Source: Mobula hypostoma (taxonomy: Eukaryota). Taken from it: a DNA stretch of 64,000 nucleotides. The stretch lies in NCBI RefSeq assembly GCF_963921235.1, contig NC_086097.1, positions 254,884,001 through 254,948,000 of the forward strand, read 5' to 3'. The translations under genes and the position numbers were made by a program. The notes beneath the pieces are model-generated. The model was not told the origin of the DNA, ran no database searches, and saw only the letters and a program-made list of their open reading frames with translations. Shown piece after piece: positions 11,872 to 24,396 of this stretch (position 1 is the stretch's first letter; every line of letters starts with the position of its first letter).

Positions 11872-12360
11872 TTGACTTTTTGTATTCACAGGCACTTGTC
11901 TCATCAAAGTGCTCTGAAGTTTGGAATGTACAAAAGATAGGTGTGGCGGAGGGCGAGAGGAACGTGTCTCAGTCAAAGCAAAGGGGAAATTTGCTGCGTT
12001 GAAAGCAGATGCGAGGAAAAGCTAGCTGGCACCTGGTTTTTCCAGTAATGCATGCCCTGCAGTCGAGCATTCAGACAGAAATCAGTTCAGTGGTCAAATG
12101 GAAATTGCCCTGGACACTGGGCGAAATGAGTAGCCTTTGATTTTGACAAGCAAAGAAGATCAAAGAGCTGTGTTGGAGTCACAGCGAGAATGGTGGTAAG
12201 TTCGGTGCTGTGCGTCATCCGGTCGCCTGTGGCTTATAGTGCTGGAAGAACTAGATATTACAATTGGCAGGCTGTTGCCATCTGTCGAAAGACGCCAGGA
12301 TGAAAATCTGCATAATCATTGTCGGTATGAGCCAACGTGGTGAAACTTGGTGTCGCTTTT

Positions 12361-12446
12361 CCTTCGATAGCTCAGTTGGTAGAGCGGAGGACTGTAGAGG
12401 AAATGGAGTCATCCTTAGGTCGCTGGTTCGAATCCGTCTCGAAGGA
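12361..12446 (+). tRNA. tRNA-Tyr(GTA) with intron (G64U T-stem mismatch)
   Basis: Matches the array consensus except CCGTC for CCGGC. Confidence 0.92.
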
Positions 12447-12881
12447 TCGGGACTTCTTTTACTACGCGCATCATCAAGTCCCAACTACAGAGCTTCTCGG
12501 TGGCACAAGACTGCACTCCGAATTGCTCCGACTCGTGACGGGATAGAATACAGAGGCATCTAATCACATAACAGGCAAGGCCAGCAGATCACTGGGTCAC
12601 ATTTCAGAGCGCTATGTCCTCACGCTTGTTGCTCTGACAGTACGACAACTCTCACTCGTCCTAAAGTAACACAAAGATAGAAATACTAGATTAGATTAGA
12701 TTAGATGATGAGGACACTCAGTCCTCGTTTACTGTAATTTTAAAATGCATGCGTTTAAAAATGATACCATGTTCCTCCGGTATGATATCACAGAAACACA
12801 AGACAGACCAAGACTAAAACTGACCAAAAAAAAAACAACATAATTCTACCGTTTAGTTATAACAGTGTAAAGCAATACCGT

Positions 12882-15268
12882 CAACTCACATCAAAGTTGC
12901 TGGTGAACGCAGCATGCAAGGCAGCATCTCCAGGAAGAGGTACAGTCGACGTTTCAGGCCGAGACCCTTCGTCAGGACTAACTGAAGGAAGAGTTAGCAA
13001 GAGATTTGAAAGTGGGAGGGGGAGGGGGAGATCCAAAATGATAGGAGAAGACAGGAGGGGGAGGAATGTAGCCAAGAGCTGCACAGTTGATTGGCCAAAG
13101 GGATATGAAAGGATCATGGAACAGGAGGCCCAGGGAGAAGGAAAAGGCGTGTGTGGCGGGGCAGGGGTGGGGTGGGGGGGCGGAACCGAGAGGATGGGCA
13201 AGGGGTATAGTCAGAGGGACAGAGCGAGAAAAAGGAGAGCGATAGAAAGAATGTGTGTATAAAAATAAATAACGGATGTGGTACGAGGGGGAGGTGGGGC
13301 ATTAGCGGAAGTTAGAGAAGTCAATGTTCATGCCATCAGATTGGAGGCTACCCAGACGGAATATAAGGTGTTGTTCCTCCAACCTGAGTGGGGCTTCATC
13401 TTTACATTAGACGAGTCCGTGGATAGACATATCAGAATGGGAATGGGATGTGGAATTAAAATGTGTGGCCACTGGGAGATCCTGCTTTCTCTGGCGGACG
13501 GAGCATTGGTGTTCAGAAAAACGGTCTCCCAGTCAGCGTCAGGTCTCGCCAGTATATAGAAGGCCACATCGGGAGCACCGGACGCAGTATATCACCCCAG
13601 ACGACTCACATGTGAAGTGTCGCCTCACCTGGAAGGACTGTCTGAGGCCCTGTATGGTGGTAAGGGAGGAAGTGTAAGGGTATGTGTATCACTTGTTCCG
13701 CTTACAAGGATAAGTGCCAGGAGGGAGATCAGTGGGGAGAGATGGGGGCGGGGGGCGGTACGACGAATGGACAAGGGAGTCGCGTAGGGAGCGATCCCTG
13801 CCGAAGGCAGAGAGAGAGAGTGGGGGAGGGAAAGATGTGCTTAGTGGTGGGATCACGTTGGAGGTGGCGGAAGTTACGGAGAATAATATGTTCGACCTGG
13901 AGTCTTGTGGGGTGTCGGGTGAGGACCAGAGGACTAATTCCGTTAGACGGAGCAGAGTGGTGGTAGAGGGGAACTGATTAGGTCTGGAATCCAAAAAGTA
14001 GCGGAGAGCTTTGAGACCTTACTGATGGGGGATGGAAGTATATCCATGGTGAAAATAAAGCGGTGGGGGCCAGGGAACGTAAAATCATCGAACAGTTTAA
14101 GAGCGTGTAAAGTGTCACGAACATGGGTAGGAAGGGATGGAACAAGGGGGGATAAAACCGTGTCGAGGTATGCAGAAAAAAGTTCGGTGGGGCAGGAGCA
14201 AGCTGAGACAATAGGTCTACCAGGACAGACAGGTTTGTGGATCTTGGGTAGGAGGTAGAAACGGAAACTGCGGGGTGTGGGAACTATGAGGTTGGTAGCA
14301 GTTGATGGGAGATGCCCTGAGCGGATAAAGTCGGTGATAGTGTGGGAGACAATGGCCTCGTGCTCCTTAGTGGGGTCACGATCGAGGGTAAATAAGAGGA
14401 GGTATCCGCGAGTTGTCGCTGTGCCTCGGTAAGGTAGAGGTCAGTACGCCAGACTACAACAGCAACCCCCTTATCGGCGGGTTTAATAGTAAGGTTAGGA
14501 TTAGTGCGGAGGGAGGGGAGAGCAGAGCGTTCCGAAGGAGTGAGGTTGGAATGGGAACAAGGTGCGGTGAAGTCGAGACCGTTGATGTCCCGTCGGCAGT
14601 CAGCAATAAAGAGATCCAGAGCAGGCAGAAGACCAGAGCGGGGTGTCCATGAAGAGGAGGAGAGTTGAAGACGGGAGAAGGGGTCATCGGTGGGGGTGGA
14701 AGAGTCCTTGCCGAAGAAGTAGGCTCGGAGACGGAGACAGCGGAAGAAGAGTTCCGCATCATGGCGAACGCGGAACTCGCTGAGGTGTGGGCGAATGGGG
14801 ACAAAGGTGAGGCCCTTACTGAGGACAGAGCATTCTGCCTCAGACAGTTAAAGGTCGGAGGGGATGGTAAAGACCCGGCATGGATGAGAGCTGGGATCAG
14901 AGGGTGGAGGGGGGAGGCTGGGGGTGTCAGTGGAGAGGGGAGGGATGGGGTGAGAGGAAGATGGAGCCTCTGAGGGCCGAGGAGCTGACGGTGGGATCTG
15001 AGGGAGACGGGGTTGCAGAGTGATGGTGGGGGAAGGGGAGACGGGAGTCACAATAGCAGCACATAAAGACCCGGCCTGGAGTTCAAAACTGGAGTCGCAG
15101 TTGGTGGTAGCGCAATCACTTTGAAGGTGTCCATGGTCGTTGCTGGAGTCCAGGTTTTGAATATGCCCTGAGGTGCTGGAGCCGGCGAGATCGATGGCAG
15201 CGGCCGCAATCTGAAGGTCATGCCTGCTAGCATCAGGGCCAGCAGGCTCTGGGGTCTGCAGATGTAAT
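12882..15268 (-). mobile_element. Penelope-like retroelement (copy 2; same site and breakpoints as copy 1)
   Basis: Near-identical to 438-2815; flanked by CAATACCGT (12873-12881) and CAATATCGT (15269-15277). Confidence 0.9.
12944..12979 (-). ncRNA. Minimal type I hammerhead ribozyme, intact core
   Basis: AGTC-CTGACGA-AGGgtctcggCCT-GAAAC-GTC^GACT; stem I AGTC/GACT, palindromic ACGT in place of stem III. Confidence 0.8.
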
Positions 15269-16474
15269 CAATATCGTAGTTTGATAAGAGCAGACCATGG
15301 GCAGGGAAAAAAAGTCTCAAAGCCCCGATGGCCTCATTATCTCACGCAGACAGTAGAAGGAAGAAACTCCGCCTGCCATGAGGATCGAGCGCCGCGAACT
15401 TGCCGATGCAGCGCCCTGGAAGCAACCGACGACAGTCCGACTCTGAGTCGGTCCGAAATCTTCGAGCCTCCGACCAGCGCTCCGACACCGAGCACCGAGC
15501 ACCAACTCTGCCGAAGGCTTCACCCAAGCCCAGACCGCCAAGCACCAGGCAAAGCCGAGGATTCGGGGAATTCCCCTCCGGAGATTTCGGTTCACACAGT
15601 AGCAGCGGCAGCGAAGCAGGCATTTCAGAAGTTTCACCAGATGTTCCTCCGTGTTCTCACGTCTGCCTCCATCAAATCAGAATTGTACACGGCCTCCTAC
15701 ATGACAGGTAACAGATATTCATCACCGGAGCAAGTGTACAGAGGAAGAGACCGACACAAAGGCCCAGATGGAACATCGGTGACCTCTTCGTTGGAAGACA
15801 TTTAGCAATCAGTCTAGGTTGGGCGATTCCAAACTGCACAAGCAAGGGATGCCAGAATCTGAATTTCGGCGCATCGTTGGAGGGCACCGTTGAAAGCGAA
15901 GGCAGATGACGGCATTGTTACCGGCCTTATGTCATTTCCATATATCCGCTGAAGTGTAATTTGGCTCAACTAATGTGGTGGTACAAGTCGGAAGAAAAAT
16001 CTTCATATTTCTGCAAGACCTTTGAAGTGGGAGCTGTGAAACAGAAGAGGCAGATGTGCATTAAGTGTACAGGAAAATGAAATTGGAGCGCCCTGCAGAA
16101 GCGATCTCTTGGAACAGCTGGTTTGCAGTGTGCATATGTCTGCAGTGTGTTGTCCCTTCTATCATCGTCCAGGAGAGAGGCAAATCGTCCAGTAATGATG
16201 AAATTCAATCATTGTGCTTTTCAGCTGATTTGTCATTTGGCTGTAGCTTTCCAAAAGTGTCGGAAAATGCGTCCACGAAATAGACAGGAATGGCAGATCC
16301 GAGAATGCTCTCTTTGAAAGCAGTGTAGATTTTCAGCGGAATGTTGAGACGTAGATGGAGTTTTACAATCTGTCGGAAGAAATGGATGACGCGGCCATCT
16401 CCTTGTTTCATGAAGAAGTTCTGCTTGTGACACATGAGTTCCCGCCGGGTCGTAAGAATACAGGAAAGGTGAAT

Positions 16475-18920
16475 AGAAACATAGAAACATAGAAAATAGG
16501 TTCAGGAGTAGGCTATTCGGCACTTCGAGCCTGCTCCGCCATTCAGTATGATCATGGCTGATCATCCGACACAGAACCCTGTACCTGCCGACTCTCCATA
16601 CCCACTGATGCCGTTAGCCACAAGGGCCATTTCTAACTCCCCCTTAAATATAGCCAATGAACTGGCCTCAACTGTTTCCTGTGGCAGAGAATTCCACGGA
16701 TTCACCACTCGCTGTGTGAAAAAGGTTTTCCTAATCTCGGTCCTAAAAGGCTTCCCCTTTATCCTCAAACTGTGACCCCTCGTTCTGGACTTCCCCAACA
16801 TCGGGAACAATCTTCCTGCATCTAGCCTGTCCAATCCCTGTAGGATTTTATACGTTTCAATAAGATTGATTCCTGGGATGGCAGGACTTTCATATGATGA
16901 AAGACTGGATGAACTAGGCTTATACTCGTTGAAATTTAGAAGATTGAGGGGGGATCTGATTGAAACGTATAAAATCTTAAAGTAATTGGACAGGCTAGAT
17001 GCAGGAAGATTGTTTCCGATGTTGGGGAAGTCAAAAACGAGGGGTCACAGTTTGAGGATAAAGGGGAAACCTTTCAGAACCGAGATTAGGAAAAACTTCT
17101 TCACACAGAGAGTGGTGAATCTGTGGAATTCTCTGCCACAGGAAACAGTTGAGGCCAGCTCGTTGGCTATATTTAAGAGGGAGTTAGATATGGCCCTAGT
17201 GGTTGAAGGGATCAGGGGGTATGGCGGGAAGGCTGGTGCAGGGTTCTGAGTTCGATGATCAGCCATGATCATACTGAATGACGGTGCAGGCTCGAAGGGC
17301 CGAATGACCTAATCCTGCACCTATTTTCTATGTTTCTATGTTTGCTATGTTTCTATCCCCCCCTCAATCTTCTATATTCCAACGAGTATAGGCCTAGTCG
17401 ATCCAGTCTTTCATCATATGAAAGTCCTGCCATCCCAGGAATTAATCTGGTGAACCTTCTTTGTAATCCGTCTATGGCAAGAATCCCGTTCCTCAGATTA
17501 GGTGACCAAAACTGCACACAATACTCCAGGTGTGGTCTCACCTAGGCCTTGTAGAACTGCAGTAGTACCTCCCTGCTCCTGTACTCGAATCCTCTTCCTA
17601 TGAATGCCAGCATGCCATTCGCCTTTTTCACTGCCTGCTGTACCTGCATGCCCACTTTCAATGACTGGTGTATAATGACACCCAGGTCTCGTTGCACCTC
17701 CCCTTTTCCGAATTGGCCAACATTCAGATAATAATCTGTTTTCCTGTTTTTGCCACCAAAGTGGATAACCTCACATTTTTCCACATTAAATTGCATCTGC
17801 CATGAATTTGTCCACTCACCTAACCTATCCAAGTCACCCTGCATCCTCTTAGCATCCTCTTCAGAGCTAACACTGCCACCCAGCTTCCTGTCATCCGCAG
17901 ACTTGGAGATGCTGCATTTAATTCCCTCATCGAAGTCATTAATATATATTGTAAGCAGCTGGGGTCACAGCACTGAGCATTGCGGTACCCCACTAGTCAC
18001 TGCCTGCCATTCTGAAAGGGTCGCGTTTATTCCCACTCTTAGCTTCCTGTCTGCCAACCAATTTTCTATCTACATCAATACCATACCCCGAATACAGTGT
18101 GCTTTAAGTTTGCACACTAATCTCCTGTGTGGGACCTTGTCAAAAGCCTTTTGAAGATCCAAATATACCATATCCACTGGTTCTCCCCTATCCAGTCTAC
18201 TAATTGCATCATCAAAAAATTCTGAGATTCGTCAGACATGATTTTCCTTTCACAACCCCATGCTGACTTTGTCCGATGAGTTCGTCGCTTTCCAAATGTG
18301 CTGTTATCAGATCTTTGAGAACTGACTCTAGCGTTTTCTCCACCATCGACGTTAGGCCAACCGGTCTATTATTCCCCGGTTTCTGTGTCCCTCATTTTTT
18401 AAAAAGCGGGGTTACATTAGCCACCCTCCAATCCTCAGCAACTAGTCCAGAATCTAACGAGCTTCGAAAAATTATCACTAATGCATCCACTATTTCTTGG
18501 GCTACTTCCTTAAGCACCCTGGGATGCAGACTATCTACCTAACAAAACTTCCCTACTAACATGTATTTCCCTCAGTTCGTCCATCTCACTGGATCCTCTG
18601 TCCCCTACTATTTCGGGAAGATTATTTATGTTCTCCTTATTGAAGACAGAACCAAAGTAATTATTCAATTGGTCTGCCATGTCCTTGCTCCCTGTAATCA
18701 ATTCACCTGTTTTTGTCTGTAGTTCATCAATGCGATCTTTAAATGCTTGCCATTGCATATCCGCCGTCAACCCTTTAAAAGACATTTTCCAGTCTATCTT
18801 AGCTAATTCACGTCTCATACATTCAAGGTTACCCTTCTTTAAGTTCAGAACGTTTGTTTCTGAATTAGCTATGTCACTCTCCATCTCAATGATGAATTCC
18901 ACCATATGATGGTCACTCTT
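16475..18920 (-). mobile_element. CR1 family A with nested antisense CR1 (about 16867-17354); duplicate of 4022-6806
   Basis: Same outer junctions and nested insertion, with extra internal deletions near 18535 and 18720. Confidence 0.92.
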
Positions 18921-19354
18921 ATGCAGGAGGGTGCTAACTGTAGTGTTGCTGGTGATATTTGTGTGTTGACGGGCCAGATTTCAGCTCCGGTGAATATGCA
19001 TATTCACAGAAGCGACGTATTACACGGTATGTTTCGGTGTCTCTGTGAGGAAGTGATTGTACACTGAACGTTGGTCGCTACATTGAAGTGGAGATATGAA
19101 TTCCAACTGCAATAACAATCGGTTGTAAAAATAGACAGAAAGATAATTATTTTCATGCAGTAGAATGAATTGTCGTTTGGGGACATGAAAGGTGACAGTG
19201 GCTGAGAACGACTGTATGTGTGTCTGAGTGGTTGGTTGATGATTGAGTGAGTGTGTCTGTGTGTGAGCTGCTGATTGTGTAACGGTGAGCAGTGGCAGGC
19301 ATGCAATGGTGCTTGTGGTGCTGAGCAAATTATAGGAGGTGAATCGGATGTGCT

Positions 19355-19427
19355 GGGGAATTAGCTTAAATGGTAGAGCGCTCGCTTAGCATGCGAGAGG
19401 TAGCGAGATCGATGCTCGCATTCTCCA
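19355..19427 (+). tRNA. tRNA-Ala(AGC) (C13U)
   Basis: Full cloverleaf; AGCTTAAA leaves a U:G pair in the D stem. Confidence 0.92.
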
Positions 19428-19898
19428 TTGACGTTTTGTATTCAGAGATATTCGTCTCATCAAGTTGCTGTGAAGTTTGGAATGTACAGAAGATAGGGGT
19501 GGCGGAGAGAGAGAGGACGGTGTCTCAGTCAAAGGAAAGGGGAAAATCTGCTGCGTTGAATGCAGATACGAGGAGCAGCCAGCTGACAGTTGGTGTTTCA
19601 GTAATGTCTGAGTAGCAGGCGTCCATTCAGACAGAAATCAGTTAAGTGGTCGAAAGGAATTTGCCCCGGACACTGGGCGAAATGAGAAAGCTAAGTAGGG
19701 TTTGATTTTGACAGGCAAAGAAGATCAAAGAGCTGTGTTGGAGTCGCACCGAGAATGGTGATAAGCTCGGTGATATGCGTCGTCCGGTCGCCTGTGGTCC
19801 CTAGTGCTGGAAGGACCAGATATTACAATTGGCAGGCTGTTGCCATTGGTCGAAAGACACCAGAATGAAAATCTGTTTAATCATTGTCGGTAGGAGCC

Positions 19899-19934
19899 AT
19901 ACTTAGGTCGCTGGTTCGAATCCGGCTCGAAGGA
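19899..19934 (+). pseudogene. tRNA-Tyr remnant, 3' exon only
   Basis: Upstream flank GGAGCC is joined directly to ATACTTAGGTCGCTGGTTCGAATCCGGCTCGAAGGA; 77 bp are missing relative to intact units. Confidence 0.9.
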
Positions 19935-20171
19935 TCGGGACTTCTTTTACTACGCCGATCATCAATTCCGTATTACAGAACTTCTCGGTGGCACAAGACT
20001 GCAGTCCGAATTGCTCCGACTCGTGACGGGATAGAATACAGAGGCATCTTATCACATAACAGGCAAGGCCAGCAGATCACTGGATCACATTTCAGAGCGC
20101 TATGTCCTCACGCTTGCTGCTCTGACAGTATGACAACTCTCACTCGTCCTAAAGTAACAGAAAGATAGAAA

Positions 20172-20274
20172 GCAACATACATCAAAGTTGCTGGTGAACG
20201 CAGCAGGCCAAGCAGCATCTATAGGGAGAGGCGCAGTCGACGTTTCAGGCCGAGACCCTTCGTCAGGACTAACT
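20172..20274 (-). mobile_element. 103-bp Penelope 3'-terminal insertion
   Basis: Homologous to the 3' end of the long Penelope copies; flanked by GATAGAAA at 20164-20171 and 20275-20282. Confidence 0.85.
20235..20270 (-). ncRNA. Minimal hammerhead ribozyme, intact core
   Basis: Identical to 12944-12979. Confidence 0.8.
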
Positions 20275-22116
20275 GATAGAAATATTAGATTAGATTAGAT
20301 TAGATGATGAGGACACTCAGTCCTCGTTTACTATAATTTTAAAATGCAGGTGTTAAAAAATGATACAATGTTCCTCCGGTATGATATCACAGAATCACAA
20401 GACAGACCAAGACTAAAACTGACAAAAAACACATAATTCTACCGTATAGTTGCAACAGTGCAAGGCAATACCGTAATTTGATAAGAGCAGACCATGGGCA
20501 CGGGAAAGAATTCTCAAAGCCCCGATGGCCTCATCAACTCACGCAGACGGTAGAAGGAAGAAACTCCCCCTGCCATGAGTTTACAACGCCTCGAACTTGC
20601 CGATGCAGCGTCCTCGAAGCACCCGACCACAGTCCAACTCTGAGTCCGTCCGAGAACTCCCAGCCTCCGATCAGCGCTCCCACAGCGAGCACCGAGCAAC
20701 CTCTCTGCCGAACGATTCCACCCGGGCCCCGGCCACCAAGCAAAAGGCAAAGCCGAGGATTCGGGGCAATCCCCTCCGGAGATTTTCGATCACACAGTAG
20801 CTGCGGCAGCGAAGAAGGAATTTCAGAAGTTTCACCAGATGTTCCTCCGTGCTCTCATGTCTGCCTCCATCAAATCATAATAGTGCAGGGCCTCCTACTT
20901 GACAGATAACAGATATGCATCACCGGAGAGGCCGCGTGTAGCAAGTGTACAGAGGAAGAGACGGACTCAAAGGCCCAGATGGAACATCGGTGACCTCTTC
21001 GTTGGAAGACATTTAGCAATCAGTCTAGGTTGGCCGATTCCAAACTGCACGAGCAAGGGATGCCAGAATCTGAATTTCGGCGCATCGTTGGAGGGCACCG
21101 TTGAAAGCGAAGGCAGCTGACGGCATTGTTATCGGACCTGTGTCGTTTCCATATATCCGCTGAGGTGCACATCGGCTCATCTGTGTGGTGGCACAAGTCG
21201 GGTGAAAAATCTTCAAATTTCTGCAAGAACATTGATGTGGGAGCTGTGAAACTGAAGAGGCAGATCTGCATTAAATGTACAGGAACATGAAATTGCAGCG
21301 CCCTGCACAAGCGAGCTCTTGGAACAGGAGGTTTGTAGTGTGTATATGTCTGCAGTGTGTTGTCCCTCCTATCATCGACCCGGAGAGAGGAAAATCGTCT
21401 ACTGACGATGGAATTCAGTCATTCAGCTTTTCAGCTGATTTGACTTTTATCTGTAGTTTTCCAAAAGTGTCGGAGAATGCGGCAACGAAATAGACAGGAA
21501 TGGCAGATCCGAGAATGCTCTCTTTGATAGCAGTGTAGATTTCCAGCAGAATGTTGAGTCGTAGATGGAGTTTTTCAATCTGCCGGAAGAAATGGATGAC
21601 GCGGCGAACTCCTTGGTTCATGAAGATGTTCTGCTTCTGACACATGAGGTCCCGCCGGGGCGTAATAGTACAGGAAAGGTGAATTGGAAGGGTTGCTAAC
21701 TGTGGTGTTCTTGGTGATATGTGCGTTTTGACGGGCCAGATTTCAGCGGAGGTGAATACGGATATTCACGGACGCGACGAATTACACGGTATGTCACGGT
21801 GTCTCTGTGATGAAGTGATTGTACGCCGAATGTTTGACGCTACATTGAAGTGGAGATCTCAATTCCAACTGCAATAACAATCGGTTGTAAAAATAGACAG
21901 AGGGATAGTTCTTTGCATGCGGGAGAATGATTTGTCGTTTGGGGACATGAAAGGTGACAGGGGCAGAGAGCGACCGTATGTGTGTCTGAGTGGTTGGTTG
22001 ATGATTGAGTGAGTGTGTCTGTGTGTGAGCTGTTGATTGTGCAACAGTGAGCAGTGACAGGCATGCTATGGTGCTTGTGGCGCTGAGCAAATTACAGGAG
22101 GTGAATCGGATGTGCT

Positions 22117-22189
22117 GGGGAATTAGCTCAAATGGTAGAGCGCTCGCTCAGCATGCGAGAGGTAGCGAGATCGATGCTCGCATTCTCCA
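22117..22189 (+). tRNA. tRNA-Ala(AGC) (U33C)
   Basis: Cloverleaf intact; anticodon loop TCAGCAT. Confidence 0.9.
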
Positions 22190-22687
22190 TTGACGTTTTG
22201 TATTTAGAGGCACTGGTCTCATCAAGTTGCTGTGAAGTCTGGAATGTACAAAAGATAGGGGTGGCGGAGAGCGAGTGGAACGTGTCTCAGTCAAAGGAAA
22301 GGGGGAAATCTGCTGCGTTGAAAGCAGAGACGAGGAACAGCCAGCTGGCAGCTGGTCTTTCAGGAATGCATGAGCTGCAGACGACCATTCAGTCAGCAAT
22401 CAGTTCAGTGGTCAAAAGGAATTTGCCCTGGACTGTGGGGTAAATGGGAAAGCTGAGTAGCCTTTGATTTTGACAAGCAAAGAAGATCAAAGAGCTGTGT
22501 TGGAGTCGCACCGAGAATGGTGATAAGCTCGGTGATGTACGTCATCCGGTCGCCTGTGGCCCCAGGTGCTGGAAGGACTAGATATTGCAATTGGCAGGCT
22601 GTTGCTCTGGGTCGAGAGACACCAGGATGAAAATCTGCATAATCATTGTTGGTAGGAGACAATGTGGCGAAGCTTGGTGTCGCTTTT

Positions 22688-22773
22688 CCTTCGATAGCTC
22701 AGTCGGTAGAGCGGAGGACTGTAAAGGAAATGGAGTCATCCTTAGGTCGCTGGTTCGAATCCGTCTTGAAGGA
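22688..22773 (+). tRNA. tRNA-Tyr(GTA) with intron, degenerate (U17C, G37A, G64U, C67U)
   Basis: Four differences from the array consensus; shares G64U with the copy at 12361. Confidence 0.88.
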
Positions 22774-24396
22774 TCGAGATTTCTTTGACTACTCGGATCA
22801 TCAATTCCGTAGTACAGAGCTTCTCAGTGGTACAAGACTGCAGTCCGAATTGCTCCGAGTCGTGACGGGATAGAATACATAGGCATCTAATGACATAACA
22901 GGCAAGGCCAGCAGATCACTGGGTCACATTTCAGAGCGCTATGTCCTCACGCTTGCTGCTCTGACAGTACGACAACCCTCACTTGTCCTAAGGTAACACT
23001 GAGATGGAAATATTAGATTAGATTAGATCAGGTTAATCAATACCGCAATTTGATATGAGCAGACCATGGGCACGGGAAAAAAGTCTCAAAGACCCGATGG
23101 TTCATCATCTCACACAGACGGTGGAAGGAAGAAACTCTCCCTGCCATGATCTTCAAGCGCCTCGAACTTGCCGATGCAGCGTCCTGGAAGCACCGGACCA
23201 CAGTCCAAACTCTGAGTCCGTCCGAAAACTTCGAGCCTCCGAAGAGCGCTCCGACACCGAGCACAGAGCAACCTCTCTGCCGAAGGATTCCACCGGGACC
23301 CCGCCGCCAAGCAACATGCAAAGCCAAGAATTCGGGGCATTTCCCTCCGGAGATTTCCGATCACACAGTAGCCGCGGCAGCGAAGCAGGCATTTCAGAAG
23401 TTTCACCAGATGTTCCTCCGTGCCTCACGTCTGCCTCCATCAAATCAGAATTGTGCACGGCCTCGTACTTGACAGGTAACAGATATACATCACCAGAGAG
23501 GCCGCGCGTAGCTTTGAAGTGGGAGCTGTGAAATAGAAGAGGCAGATGTGCATTAGTGTACAGGAGCATGAAATTGAAGCGCCCTGCACAAGCGAGCTCT
23601 TGGAACAGCAGGTTTGCAGTATGCGTATGTCTGCAGTGTTTTCTCCCTCCCTATCATCGTCCAAGAGAGAGGCAAATCGTTCAGTGATGATGAAATTCAG
23701 TCATTGAGCTTTTCTGCTGACTTGATATTTGGCTGTACTTTTCCAAAAGTGTTAGAGAATGAGGGAACGAAATAGATAGTAATGGCAGATCCGAGAATGC
23801 TCACTTTGATAGCAGTGTAGATTTCCAGCAGAATGTTGAATCGTAGATGGTGTTTTACAATCTGCCAGAAGAAATGGATGACGCGGCCATCTCCTTGGTT
23901 CATGAAGAACTCCTGCTTCTGACACACGAGGTCCCACCAGGGCGAAATGATCCAGGAAAGGTGAATGCGGAAAGGTTGTTAACTGTGTTGTTGGTAATAT
24001 GTGGGTGTTGACGGCCCAGATTTCAGCTGAGGTGAATCTGCATGTTCACGGACGTGATGCATTACACGCTATGTTTCGGTGTCTCTGTGAGGAAGTGATT
24101 GTACGCCGAATGTTTGTCGCTACATTGAAGTGGAGATATCTATTCCAACTGCCGTTACAATCGGTTGTAAAAATAGACAGAAGGATAATTCTTTGTATGC
24201 GGAAGAATGAATTGTCGTTTGGGGACATGAGAGGTGACAGTGGCAGAGAGCGACCGTATGTGTGTCTGAGTGGTTGGTTGATGATTGAGTGAGTGTGTCT
24301 GTGTGTGAGCTGCTGATTGTGCGACGGTGAGCAGTGACAGGCATGCAATGGCGCTTGTGGCGAAAAGCAAATGACAGAAGGTGAATCGCATGTGCT

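Noticed and set aside
21415..21645. Recurrent 73-76 aa minus-strand ORF (MCQKQNFFMNQG...) open in about 7 units, with two in-frame deletions
   Set aside because: No recognisable domain, many radical substitutions, disrupted in other units, and overlapping frames recur equally often; recent duplication explains the recurrence. A dN/dS well below 1 across copies would reopen it.
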